Positions 40,215 through 49,757 of a stretch of 64,000 nucleotides of DNA are shown here, in pieces. This DNA is from a bacterium. GTDB taxonomy: Bacteria > UBA8248. The translations under genes and the position numbers were made by a program. The stretch covers positions 1,664,001-1,728,000 of the forward strand of contig CBDBBI010000010.1 of assembly GCA_965202625.1 (NCBI GenBank), given 5' to 3'. The stretch's first letter is position 1; every line of letters starts with the position of its first letter. The notes under the pieces are model-generated. The model was given only the letters and a program-made list of their open reading frames with translations, did no database searches and was not told the origin of the DNA.

Positions 40215-42442
40215 GCAGGACGCTGAAAAAACTGCTCGAAAGCCGTTTCCGAATCTCGACGCAGCTCTACCTGAGCATCGGCGGCGGGTTCGCCCTCACC
40301 GTCGTCGCAAGCCTGATTGGCTGGGTTTCGTTCGACCGCGTGGGAGACGCCCAGCACCGCGTGAACGAGGGGAGCGTTCCGGCTCTGGTGACCGCCTTTG
40401 AAGCCGCCCGGAAAAGCGGCGTTCTGGTGGACGCCGCACCGCGCCTGGCCGCGGTCGTGATACCGGAAAACCTCGCCCAGATCGCCGACGAAGTTCTCAA
40501 GGATCGCAGGGACTTCGAGGCGGAGCTGGCGACCCTGACGCGCCACGGGGTGGGGGAGGAGCACTCCAGACACATCCGCGCGCGGGGCGACGCGCTGATC
40601 GCCAATACCGAAACCATCAAGGAATCGGTCCTCCAGCGCTTCGACCTCACCGATCTGCGAGACACCCTGCGCCTGGAGCTCTCATGGGTGCGCGAAGAAC
40701 TCGTCAACACCCTGGTTCCCGCGATTGACGACCAGTTGTTTTTCGCGATGACGGGCTATCGCAACCTCGGCGACCCGCCCGCGCCCCGATCGCGGCACTT
40801 CTCGGAGGAGGAATTCAACCTCTATCGCTACCTGGCGGAATTGAAGGCGGACGTCATCATCGGGACGCAGCTTCTGACGACCGCCTTCAACGTTTCGGAC
40901 GCCGCGTTGCTCGAGCCGCTGCGGGAGCGCTTTGAGGCCATCGCTCGCGGCATCACGCGGCGTTTGACCGCCCTCGGAACAGCACCGCTGCGCGAGAAAC
41001 TCACGCCGCTCTTCACCCGCATGGTCGAGCTGGGCATTGGCCCGGAGGGCGGCTTCAATCTGCGCGCCCGCGAGCTCGCGCTCGAGAAGCGGCAAGCGGA
41101 GCTGCTCGCGCGCAATCGCAACCTCGCCGCCCTGCTGCTGTCGGAGGTCGAGGCTCTGGTGAGCACGGCCCGGCAGAGCGCGCAGGAAGCCACCCGGACG
41201 TCCAACTCGGCGATTCGCATGGGCCGCAACCTCCTGCTCGCACTGAGCGTCATCAGCCTCGTCGCGGCGGTGCTGATCGCCTGGCTGTTCATCGGCCGGG
41301 TGCTGTCGCACCGCCTGGGAAGGCTCTCCTACAGGATGCGCCGCATGGCCGAGGGAGACCTGGAGGAGAAGGTCGAGGTCGCGGGACGCGACGAGGTCGC
41401 GGAGATGGCCGCCGCGCTCGAAATTTTTCGCCGCCACGCCCTCGAAGCGCAGCGTCTGAACCTGGTGGAGAAGTTGGCCGAGGAGCTCAGGGGCAAGAAC
41501 GACCAGCTTGAGAGCGCGCTGGCTGATCTCGAGCGGGCACAGGATCAGATCGTCATGCGCGAGAAGCTCGCGGCACTCGGCGAGCTGACGGCGGGCGTCG
41601 CCCACGAGATACGAAACCCGCTGAACTTCATCAAGAACTTCTCGGAAGTCTCCGAGGAGCTGATGGGGGAGATGCAGGAGGAACTCCAAAAAGTCATGGA
41701 CGAGGGCGCGAACGGGCAGGAGGAGGAGCGGCGCGGGCTGATTCGGGAGATCGGCGGCGACCTCGCCGGCAACCTCCGGCGCATCCGTGAACACGGAGAA
41801 CGGGCCAACAACATCGTCCAAAGCATGCTCATGATGGGCAGGGAATCGGGCGAGCGGCAGCCCACCAACGTCAACGCCCTGCTCGAGGAGCACGCGCGGC
41901 TCGCCTACCACAGCGCCCGGGCGAGCGACCCGAATTTCCACCTCGCCATCAAGGAGGAATACGACGATGAAATGGAGGAATACGAAGCCATCCCGCAGGA
42001 TTTGGGCCGCGTGTTCCTGAACATGGTGAGCAACGCCTGCCACGCCACCGACGCGAAACGGCGCGCGCGCGAAGCGAGCGCGGCGAAGACGAGCGACGGT
42101 GCCCCCGTCGAAGAAGCCCCGCGCTACGAACCCACCCTGTGCCTCATCACCCGGTGTCTGCCGGACCGCATAGAGGTGCGCATCCGCGACAACGGAGACG
42201 GAATACCGCCTGAAGTCATCGACAAGATATTCAACCCCTTCTTCACGACCAAGCCGACCGACCTGGGCACGGGGCTCGGCCTCGCCATCTCCAGCGACAT
42301 CGTGCGCCAGCACGGCGGAAGCATACGGGTCGAGTCCGAGCCCAGCGTTTTCACGGAGATGATCGTCGAACTGCCCCGGCAAGCGCAAAAACCAGCTGCG
42401 CCGCGAGTCGAGGGAAGCCGGGATGGGAGACAGGATATGTAA
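40211..42442 (+). CDS. Membrane sensor histidine kinase (helical periplasmic sensor, HAMP, HisKA, HATPase)
   Basis: Two TM segments, GRDEVAEMA HAMP, GVAHEIRNPLN, NACHA, DNGDGI, FFTTKP, GTGLGL; ATGA overlap. Confidence 0.9.
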   Translation: MSRTLKKLLESRFRISTQLYLSIGGGFALTVVASLIGWVSFDRVGDAQHRVNEGSVPALVTAFEAARKSGVLVDAAPRLAAVVIPENLAQIADEVLKDRRDFEAELATLTRHGVGEEHSRHIRARGDALIANTETIKESVLQRFDLTDLRDTLRLELSWVREELVNTLVPAIDDQLFFAMTGYRNLGDPPAPRSRHFSEEEFNLYRYLAELKADVIIGTQLLTTAFNVSDAALLEPLRERFEAIARGITRRLTALGTAPLREKLTPLFTRMVELGIGPEGGFNLRARELALEKRQAELLARNRNLAALLLSEVEALVSTARQSAQEATRTSNSAIRMGRNLLLALSVISLVAAVLIAWLFIGRVLSHRLGRLSYRMRRMAEGDLEEKVEVAGRDEVAEMAAALEIFRRHALEAQRLNLVEKLAEELRGKNDQLESALADLERAQDQIVMREKLAALGELTAGVAHEIRNPLNFIKNFSEVSEELMGEMQEELQKVMDEGANGQEEERRGLIREIGGDLAGNLRRIREHGERANNIVQSMLMMGRESGERQPTNVNALLEEHARLAYHSARASDPNFHLAIKEEYDDEMEEYEAIPQDLGRVFLNMVSNACHATDAKRRAREASAAKTSDGAPVEEAPRYEPTLCLITRCLPDRIEVRIRDNGDGIPPEVIDKIFNPFFTTKPTDLGTGLGLAISSDIVRQHGGSIRVESEPSVFTEMIVELPRQAQKPAAPRVEGSRDGRQDM

Positions 42443-42508
42443 GCAGCAGGAAAAACCGCGCCGGTTCGTGAAGCGAGAGCGCGACCTCGCGCTCCTTCGT
42501 TTTGTCCG

Positions 42509-42850
42509 CTAACCGCCGCTCGTCGCGGCGAGGGCCTCCGCCTTGGAGGCGCGGATCTGGATGATCTGGTCGAATCCGGATATTTCAAACACTTCGCGGG
42601 TCAGTTCCTGGAGCGCGTAAAGGGCAAACTTCGCCTCCCGCTGCCCGATGTACTTGGCGATAAGCAGGATGGCGCGCAGGCCGGCGCTGCTGACGTAGGA
42701 GACGCCCCCGAAATTGATGACTACGGCGCGATCATCCTGGGAGATCGCGCGTTTCAGCCCATCCTCGAATTCAGGAGCAGTGGTGCCGTCAATACGGCCC
42801 TCCACCTGGACGACCAGAGATGCGCCTTCCCGCTCGAACTTGATTTCCAT
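42509..42850 (-). CDS. STAS-domain anti-anti-sigma factor (RsbV-like)
   Basis: GRIDGTTA, VSYVSSAGLR, EVFEISGF; RBS GGAG upstream of ATG 42850. Confidence 0.88.
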   Translation of the reverse strand: MEIKFEREGASLVVQVEGRIDGTTAPEFEDGLKRAISQDDRAVVINFGGVSYVSSAGLRAILLIAKYIGQREAKFALYALQELTREVFEISGFDQIIQIRASKAEALAATSGG

Positions 42851-43777
42851 TCTCGCTCCCGCCTCCTCGCTCTTGGGACCCGCCTCCTTGCAGGCCGTCC
42901 AAAACCGTAAAGTTGCCTCCGGGCTGCCTCGCATCGACGGAATACATACCGCCCAGAGATGGTTCATAAAGCGTTCGCCGGCCCGTCAACCGCTTCCCGA
43001 CGCGCCGGAATCCCATCCCCTGAACCATCGGCTTGCGACAAATGTATCAAATGCCGCCGCGTTTCGCAACTCCATCGCCCCGCCCCTGATTCACGCTCGC
43101 CTCACCCCGCCATCGCCAGAGCGTTCCCGAAGCGTCGCGCGTCATGGCCGCCCCGCTGGGATATCCATGGGTGATGATGGCGGCCTTCATCCGGCGGCGA
43201 CTCGCGCCCTTTCCCGCCATGATGCGGTTGCGCCGAGGGCGACCTCCCCACGCCCCGCCGCCGGAAATGGAACCCTGGGCTTCCACGCGAAGGGGCGCGA
43301 TATCCGCGTCATCCTGTTGCTGGCGGCGAACCGCAGCGAACGCCCGCGTTCATGGGAGAATCCGTTCCGGTCTCCGGCACTCCTCCCGCGCGCGGGCGGC
43401 ACGCGGCCAGTTCCCTGAAAGCCCTCTCAACGCCGAAGCCCTCACAGGCACCGGGCTTCGACGCTCATTCCCCGTCGCACGTCAAATCCGCTGTCACGGA
43501 CCGGAGGACGGCTTGCGGGGCATGGGAGGAAGCGCCAAAACACCGCGCCGGAAGCGCGGAGACGACCGCTGCGCAAAGCCGAGACGCGCGCAGCAGCCAG
43601 GGCGTTTCAGAAAGCACATCTGGGGCCGCCGACGCCAAAGGCGACGAGCACGGCGAACCTCATCCGCCTTCCGGTTGTCTCCACCGCCTTATTTTGCGTA
43701 TTTTATAGGGATGGTTCACCAGGTCGCTCTCATCGCCCGCGCGGCACCGCCCGCAACCCCTCGGAGGAAACCCCGCT

Positions 43778-44434
43778 TTGGCCCGCAAACCCAAAAGAAA
43801 AAAAGGGAAGAGGAAACACCCGCAATCCGCCAAACCAGCCGCGTCCCGCCCCAGGGCGGCGCGCGATGCCAAGAAGAAGGCCGCAGCCCCGCTGGCCAAG
43901 AAGAAGGGCACAGCCTCGCCGGTCAAGAAGAAGGGCACAGCCTCGCTGGTGTGGGTGAGCGTCATCGTCGTGAGCGTCATCGTCCTCCTCTTCGGCATCT
44001 ATTATTTTTCGGGCGCGTCCGAGAACAAGGCGCGCGACGTGCCCTCGCTCGGCAACCTTCACATTACGAAGGGCACGAGCCACACCATCACCTACAACAC
44101 GGATCCGCCCACCTCGGGGCCGCACTATCCGCGCCTCACGCACTGGGGCGTCCACAGCGTCCCGATCGACAAGGGCTTTCAGGTCCACAACCTCGAGGAC
44201 GGCGGCGTGCTCGTCCAGTATAACTGCATGGATTGTCCCGAGCTCGTGCAGAAGCTCGGGAAGATCGTGCGCGGCTATTCCAAAGAGGTCATCCTCGCCC
44301 CCTACCCCCCCATGAAGCACAGAATCGCCCTCACCGCCTGGGGCAAGATCGACACGTTCGATACCTTTGATGCCAAGCGCATCACGGGCTTCATCAACGC
44401 CTTCCGGGGCCTCGATCATCACCCGAGACGGTAA
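43778..44434 (+). CDS. DUF3105 domain membrane protein with Lys-rich N-terminus
   Basis: YNTDPPTSGPHY, VHNLEDGGVLVQYNC, APYP, IALTAWG; one TM. Confidence 0.85.
   Translation: MARKPKRKKGKRKHPQSAKPAASRPRAARDAKKKAAAPLAKKKGTASPVKKKGTASLVWVSVIVVSVIVLLFGIYYFSGASENKARDVPSLGNLHITKGTSHTITYNTDPPTSGPHYPRLTHWGVHSVPIDKGFQVHNLEDGGVLVQYNCMDCPELVQKLGKIVRGYSKEVILAPYPPMKHRIALTAWGKIDTFDTFDAKRITGFINAFRGLDHHPRR
43868..43948 (+). repeat. 3 x 27-bp coding tandem repeat (AKKKAAAPL/AKKKGTASP/VKKKGTASL)
   Basis: Direct reading of sequence. Confidence 0.85.
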
Positions 44435-44461
44435 GGAGAACGGGCGCGCACAGGCGGAAAA

Positions 44462-44490
44462 TTGACAAGACGCCGCATGAACGCTAGCAT
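44462..44490 (+). promoter_or_regulatory. Sigma70-type promoter of zorABE
   Basis: TTGACA-17 nt-TAGCAT about 60 nt before zorA ATG. Confidence 0.65.
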
Positions 44491-44549
44491 GGTGTTTTTG
44501 AACGTCATCCTTCCATCAACCCCATGAGCTGACAGAGGCGCGCCGCCTA

Positions 44550-46097
44550 ATGGATTCTCTCTATCTGTTCTTTCAGCCGATCCTCGCTCCACAAACCGAT
44601 GCGGATCAAGTAACGCGATGGTTTGCCTTAGGGATACTGCTTCTCTTCATATGCTTGCTATGGAGCAGAAATACCCGCCGATTTTCCCAACAAGCGACGA
44701 CGTTCTTTGGAATCCTCGGGACGTTCGTGGGCATTTATTTTGGTCTTCGCCATTTTGATCCCAAAGACATCCAACAAAGCGTGCCGCCGCTTCTCGCTGG
44801 TCTGAAAACGGCGTTTCTCACCTCCATATTCGGCATCGGAGCGACTCTCCTCACGAGAACCTATGACTTCTTCTCATCGTGGGCGTCTCCAAACGAGAGA
44901 AGAACGGAAGGCGCCACCGTTCAAACCCTCGCGGAGATTCTCCAAGAACAGACGAAAGCGATGCAAGAACAGACGCAAGCTCTCCAAGAGCAGACGCAAG
45001 CAGAAAAAGAAAACCACCTTCTGACGCTGAAAAGCCTGGAGAGCATCCGATCTTCCGTTTCGGGCGATGGCGATACGTCCATGCTCACCCAGATTCAGAA
45101 ACTCCGCCTCAGCTTCGACGAAAAACAAAATGCGCTCATTCAGGAATTCAAAACGTTCGCCCAAAACATGGCGGAGGCGAACACCGATGCGCTCATTAAA
45201 GCGCTTGAAGGGGTGATTAAGGATTTCAACGCGAAGATAAACGAGCAGTTCGGGGAGAACTTCCAACAACTCAACGAGGCGGTCGGAAGCCTCGTCGTTT
45301 GGCAGGACAAGAACAAGGAACAAACCGAAAGGATGATCCAGCATTTCGACGCGACGGTCTCCGCGGTTGAGGAGGTGCGGGAATCCATCGCGCAAATGCG
45401 GGATTCAATGACCCAAATAGCGGAGCGGAGCCGTGCCATCACCGATGCGGCGGAGCAGCTCGCCCCCATTCTGTCCGCCATTCAGGAGCAAAGAGAGTCA
45501 CTGGCAGGCTACATGGGGCAATTCGCAGAAATATCAGAAAAAGCAAAAGAGCTTCTGCCCACGCTTGAGACGAAAATAAACGAGCTCACGGAGAATTTCT
45601 CCCAAGCGGTGATGCGGGCGACAGAGACGAACCAGAAGGCCTTGGATGCGCACAAGGAATTCGCCCAGACTGTGATCAATGGATTTTCTGAATTGGGTTC
45701 TGAATTGGGTAAAACGACCACCGACGTCATAACGCAGGTGGGAGAATCCGCCATACAAAACATGGAAACGATGCGCGTGCAGACGGAGGATGCCGCAAAG
45801 CTGCTGGAGACGCTCGTCTCCAATCTAGCCGGTAGATTAACTTCTCACATACAAGAAACCTTCACGAAAACACACGAGGAAATTGCTCGATTGGCGGGGG
45901 AAAGCGCAGGGCACACCGAAGCGCGGATGGAAGAGATAGATAAACGTCTCGGTGAAGCACTGACCAAGGTGTTGAAGGAGTTTGGCAGCAGACTCGCCAG
46001 CATATCGGAGAAGTTCGCTGACGATTATACGCTATTATTGGCAGAGTGGAGGAAAGTGCTGGAGCTAGCAAGAGGGGACGGCAATGCGCGACTCTGA
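44550..46097 (+). CDS. zorA: Zorya ZorA-like MotA/TolQ/ExbB channel with long coiled-coil tail
   Basis: Three TMs with GILGTFVGI and GLKTAFLTSIFG; ALEGVIKDFNAKINEQFGENFQQLN; long helical tail. Confidence 0.88.
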   Translation: MDSLYLFFQPILAPQTDADQVTRWFALGILLLFICLLWSRNTRRFSQQATTFFGILGTFVGIYFGLRHFDPKDIQQSVPPLLAGLKTAFLTSIFGIGATLLTRTYDFFSSWASPNERRTEGATVQTLAEILQEQTKAMQEQTQALQEQTQAEKENHLLTLKSLESIRSSVSGDGDTSMLTQIQKLRLSFDEKQNALIQEFKTFAQNMAEANTDALIKALEGVIKDFNAKINEQFGENFQQLNEAVGSLVVWQDKNKEQTERMIQHFDATVSAVEEVRESIAQMRDSMTQIAERSRAITDAAEQLAPILSAIQEQRESLAGYMGQFAEISEKAKELLPTLETKINELTENFSQAVMRATETNQKALDAHKEFAQTVINGFSELGSELGKTTTDVITQVGESAIQNMETMRVQTEDAAKLLETLVSNLAGRLTSHIQETFTKTHEEIARLAGESAGHTEARMEEIDKRLGEALTKVLKEFGSRLASISEKFADDYTLLLAEWRKVLELARGDGNARL

Positions 46098-46794
46098 CGC
46101 ACTCCACGAGGAAAGCGAAGGGGGATGGATATCCATCGCGGACGTCATGTCCGTGACCATGATGATATTCATGTTCCTCACCGTCATATTCATGGCGACG
46201 GTCCAGGCGGACAAAGAGCGCATCGAGAAAATCGCCGTCACCTACAACCGCCTGCAGAATGACCTGTATGATGATTTGAAGCGTGAATTCAAGGACGATT
46301 TGCCGAGTTGGCGCGCGGAAATCGACCGAGAGACGCTCTCCATCACCTTTCGGGAGCCCGAGGTGCTTTTCGGGGCAGGCCGAAGCGCCCTGAAAGAGAA
46401 ATTTCGGGACATCCTCATCGACTTCTTCCCCCGCTACGTTCGGATTCTCACCAGCCCGAAATACAAAAACGATATTGAGGAGGTGCGAATCGAAGGCCAC
46501 ACCTCCAGCGAATGGACGACGTTCACCGCTCCCAAAATCGACTATTTCAAGAACATGGAACTTTCCCAGAAAAGAACGCGCGCCGTTCTGGAATACGTCT
46601 TGAACCTCAAGGAAGCGTCCGGAGATTTCGCGTGGCTGAAGGGGCGGCTCACCGCCAACGGCCTGTCTTCGAGCAGACCCGTCATGGAGAATGGCCGCGA
46701 GAACCGGAAAAAATCCAGAAGGGTGGAGTTTCGCGTGAGAACGAACGCGGAGAAAAGAATCGTCGAGATCATCAACAAGAAGGAGAGGCCATGA
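46084..46794 (+). CDS. zorB: Zorya ZorB-like MotB/OmpA protein
   Basis: WISIADVM TM, IEGHTS, NMELSQKRTRAV, SRRVEFR. Confidence 0.9.
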   Translation: MRDSDALHEESEGGWISIADVMSVTMMIFMFLTVIFMATVQADKERIEKIAVTYNRLQNDLYDDLKREFKDDLPSWRAEIDRETLSITFREPEVLFGAGRSALKEKFRDILIDFFPRYVRILTSPKYKNDIEEVRIEGHTSSEWTTFTAPKIDYFKNMELSQKRTRAVLEYVLNLKEASGDFAWLKGRLTANGLSSSRPVMENGRENRKKSRRVEFRVRTNAEKRIVEIINKKERP

Positions 46795-47666
46795 AAATCG
46801 AGATTGCGTTCGACGGAATTGATGCGGTTCTTCGCAAAATGGGAATCGAGAGACTAGCCGAACCCCCCGGTAAATCGGGATGGAATCCAATAGACACCAA
46901 ACTGGCGGAGAAAGGTATAGGCGTTCATCCAGGCGAGATCGGGAAAGGTACCAAGAAAACTTTAACCTACAAAGGCCGCAAGGTTCTCGTCTATATTCGG
47001 GACCAATATACCCACTTTTCTAACGGATACAAGTTTCACGTGGCGAATTGCGTAAAGATACAGGAGATGAAAGGAAGCAACCGATTTGAAAAACGATACG
47101 TCGCCTCGACCCGGACGGACGGAAAATTTATCGTGAACTTCATGGACCGCTCCGATGAAATTATCGAAAAAGACCAAACTATAGCGATGCGTGTATGCAA
47201 ATACTGCTTATCCGAATTGAACTACAAAGGTTATTACAATGAATTCTCCCTGAAGGAATTCTTTGAAATATACGGCGAAACAATCGTCGACGAGCCGACG
47301 TACACGGACATCATCGACCCCGGACGGCCTACGTATTCACCAAATCAAGAAATATTTTCACGAATATGCCGTGAAAGAGCGAATTGGAGGTGCGAGGAAT
47401 GCGGCATTTTTCTGGGAGATAAGGAAGCCCGACAATTTCTCCACGCACACCATATAAACGGCGATAAATCCGACAATCGCGTGGCCAATCTTCGCGCCCT
47501 ATGCGTCGATTGCCACGACAAACAAGCAGGCCATTCACTACCGGCAACGATGCGGAAAAAGTTCCATGACTGGAAAAGAGAGAAGCGTGCCAGCCGTATA
47601 GATTCCGCCGACTCGCCCTCCCTCTCCTATGCGCGCGAGACGCCCGAACGCGCTTATTTCGCGTAG
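46791..47666 (+). CDS. zorE: HNH endonuclease, ZorE-like effector
   Basis: ATGA overlap with zorB; FHVANC, VCKYCL, WRCEECG, HAHHINGDKSDN..NLRALCVDCH. Confidence 0.78.
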   Translation: MKIEIAFDGIDAVLRKMGIERLAEPPGKSGWNPIDTKLAEKGIGVHPGEIGKGTKKTLTYKGRKVLVYIRDQYTHFSNGYKFHVANCVKIQEMKGSNRFEKRYVASTRTDGKFIVNFMDRSDEIIEKDQTIAMRVCKYCLSELNYKGYYNEFSLKEFFEIYGETIVDEPTYTDIIDPGRPTYSPNQEIFSRICRERANWRCEECGIFLGDKEARQFLHAHHINGDKSDNRVANLRALCVDCHDKQAGHSLPATMRKKFHDWKREKRASRIDSADSPSLSYARETPERAYFA

Positions 47667-47828
47667 CCGGGCAAAATCATTGCGAATGGACTGGAAAATG
47701 CGCGGATTTTCCGAGGTGAAACCCCCTGGAAAAGCCGTTTTTCGGGGCGTAAACGGCTTGGTAAACGGCCGTGCAAGGGCGTTGCAAAAGTCGCTCCAGG
47801 AAGGCCGGCGAGCGTGATGGCGGCGCGG
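47663..47828 (-). repeat. Dispersed non-coding repeat, copy 2 (supplies TAG stop of the HNH gene)
   Basis: Aligns over its length with 50995-51163 and, inverted, with 37149-37282. Confidence 0.85.
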
Positions 47829-47848
47829 GCACCCTCGGCTCTCCCCAG
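47826..47848. repeat. 23-bp direct repeat, left copy
   Basis: CGGGCACCCTCGGCTCTCCCCAG vs CGGGCATTCTCGGCTCTCCCCAG at 48400-48422 (21/23). Confidence 0.8.
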
Positions 47849-47947
47849 CCAGTCAGGGTCGGCGTGGGTTAGCTCTTGCGGTTTGAAACCTTTGGTCTCT
47901 CATTGGACGCTACCGAAAAGTAATCTCCCTTGCTTTATCAAGAGCTT

Positions 47948-48352
47948 CTATTTTAACTTACTCGTTTCGGCACTTGATGGGCGCGTATTAAATGGTGTGA
48001 GAAAAAATGAGTCATTAAATTCACGGTAGGCCAATCCCATATCATCACACATCGCCTTCATTAACCTCACCAATGTGTCCTCTTGATTCTTGTCTCGCGC
48101 TATGGTTTTTTTATGAAATTCCGAGAGGGCATCCATAACTTTCAACGAGGAGTTGAATGCAAGGAAAATCTCGTTCAATGCTCTACTAAATTCATCGCCT
48201 TTAAGGTCGTAGCGATTGCTCATGAACCGCCGAAGCGCTTCCCATTTGATTTTACGGCGTCCATATTTAATATAAAACCAATTTGACACCAAAGCACCAA
48301 CTATAGCGCCAGAAATCACTCCTCCCACCGAGAAAATTAGTTCACTTGTCAT
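47948..48352 (-). CDS. AT-rich hypothetical membrane-anchored protein (DUF6680-like)
   Basis: N-terminal TM; FMSNR...EFSRALNEIFLAF...LMKAMCDDMG pattern; RBS AAGGGGG; family assignment from memory. Confidence 0.65.
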   Translation of the reverse strand: MTSELIFSVGGVISGAIVGALVSNWFYIKYGRRKIKWEALRRFMSNRYDLKGDEFSRALNEIFLAFNSSLKVMDALSEFHKKTIARDKNQEDTLVRLMKAMCDDMGLAYREFNDSFFLTPFNTRPSSAETSKLK

Positions 48353-48399
48353 TCCTGTTGAACCCCCTTTTCGCTATGTTCGTCTATCGCCCTAAGGAC

Positions 48400-48422
48400 C
48401 GGGCATTCTCGGCTCTCCCCAG
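48400..48422. repeat. 23-bp direct repeat, right copy
   Basis: See 47826-47848. Confidence 0.8.
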
Positions 48423-48440
48423 ACGCTTCCACGTCGGCAT
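48420..48440 (-). pseudogene. 5' stub (MPTWKRL) of a third pentapeptide-repeat gene
   Basis: AAACC-ATGCCGACGTGGAAGCGTCTG matches ATGCCGACGTGGAACCGGCTG start at 50857 and the AAACCATG junction at 49757. Confidence 0.65.
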
Positions 48441-48443
48441 GGT

Positions 48444-49757
48444 TTAGCGTCCGCCTTTGTCGTCCGTCTCCGGCGTTGGGCTTTCCGAGGTGGCCTTTTC
48501 GTATTCGGCAATCCACTCTTCGGCTTCTGCGAGAGTGTAGGCTCCGGTTCGAGCGCCGCTATCCTTCGGCAACCCATAGACTGGCGGCTTGTCGATATGC
48601 GGCTCCAGTTGCTCTCTCAACGTTTGTGCTTTTCTATCGGGCAAGCGTTTGAGAATGGAATCCACATATTCCCTTGTCAATCCGCCCTCGAAAATGACTT
48701 TGGAGAGATCGCTCTCACGGCCGGCTAACGCTCTCATGCGTTCCGCAAACCTATGGGACCAGCTTACTGCACTGACTGCCCCTTGCAGTTGCACGCCATT
48801 GAGATTCACCCCTTGCAACCGCGCATCCCTGAGATTCGTCCCTTGCAAATGTGCACCCCCGAGATGCGCACCTTGCAGTTTCGCGCCCACGAGCTCCGCC
48901 CCTCGCAAATACGCACTCCCGAGACTCGCCCCTTCCAAATGTATAAACGCGAGACTCGCTCCTTCCAAATGCGCATTCATGAGATTCGCCTCTTGCAAAT
49001 GCGCACCCCCGAGATACGCCCTTTGCAATTGCGCCCGCCAGAGACTCGCCCCTTGCAACCGTGCCGATCCAAGATCCGCCCCTTGCAACTGCGTATTCCA
49101 AAGATGCGCCCCTTCCAGGCGCGCATTTAGAAGATTCGCGCCGTTTAGCCAGCTGCCCTCCAGGTTGATGCGGAAACCCTGAAAGACATCATGCTCCTGC
49201 ACGAAAAGCAGGGTCAGCAGGCTTTGGATTTCCTCGGAAGGCTTCTCCGGGCATTCCTTTTGATACTTAGACTCTCCCGTCGTCCGGCGGACGTGCGCGC
49301 AGAGAATATCCAACACTGTCTGCCGCAATTCCTGCGTATCTTCCGCCAGATGGAAGAGCTCGTAGGCCCCGCCCAGACGAACGGAAACCGAGGCGTGGCC
49401 CATGTGTTCAATGGCGTTTTTCAGACGCTCCTGCCGCAGTCCCTTCTCGGCGTTCTCGTTGGTCTTGGCCTGTTGTTCCGCCGTCTTCTCCATCGCCTTG
49501 GCGCGCCTGTAGGCGGTCACAGCCTGTATGGCGAGCAGGACGCCGCCCATGGCGACGCCCAGAAATTTCAGAATCTGAAATTTTTCACCTACCCCGAAGA
49601 GGCAAAAAGCCCATTCCGGATCTTCGGAGAACAAGATAACCAAAAAAGGCGCCACTAAAAACACAAACAGGAACAGCCACAACACCCACAAAAAAACGAG
49701 CGTGGGGTCTTTCCGCCAAGAACAGATACGGGCTTTCAGCCAGTTCAGGATCGGCAT
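48444..49757 (-). CDS. Membrane-anchored pentapeptide-repeat protein (12 decamer units)
   Basis: Two TMs, ERLKNAIEHMG..SVRLGGA domain, 12 x 30-bp GAxLxxAxL(Q/E) units at 48783-49142. Confidence 0.9.
   Translation of the reverse strand: MPILNWLKARICSWRKDPTLVFLWVLWLFLFVFLVAPFLVILFSEDPEWAFCLFGVGEKFQILKFLGVAMGGVLLAIQAVTAYRRAKAMEKTAEQQAKTNENAEKGLRQERLKNAIEHMGHASVSVRLGGAYELFHLAEDTQELRQTVLDILCAHVRRTTGESKYQKECPEKPSEEIQSLLTLLFVQEHDVFQGFRINLEGSWLNGANLLNARLEGAHLWNTQLQGADLGSARLQGASLWRAQLQRAYLGGAHLQEANLMNAHLEGASLAFIHLEGASLGSAYLRGAELVGAKLQGAHLGGAHLQGTNLRDARLQGVNLNGVQLQGAVSAVSWSHRFAERMRALAGRESDLSKVIFEGGLTREYVDSILKRLPDRKAQTLREQLEPHIDKPPVYGLPKDSGARTGAYTLAEAEEWIAEYEKATSESPTPETDDKGGR

Noticed and set aside
47849-47947. 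Integron attC site after the AT-rich gene
   Set aside because: Only an imperfect AGCTAAC; no matching GTTRRRY or convincing hairpin, and no intI.
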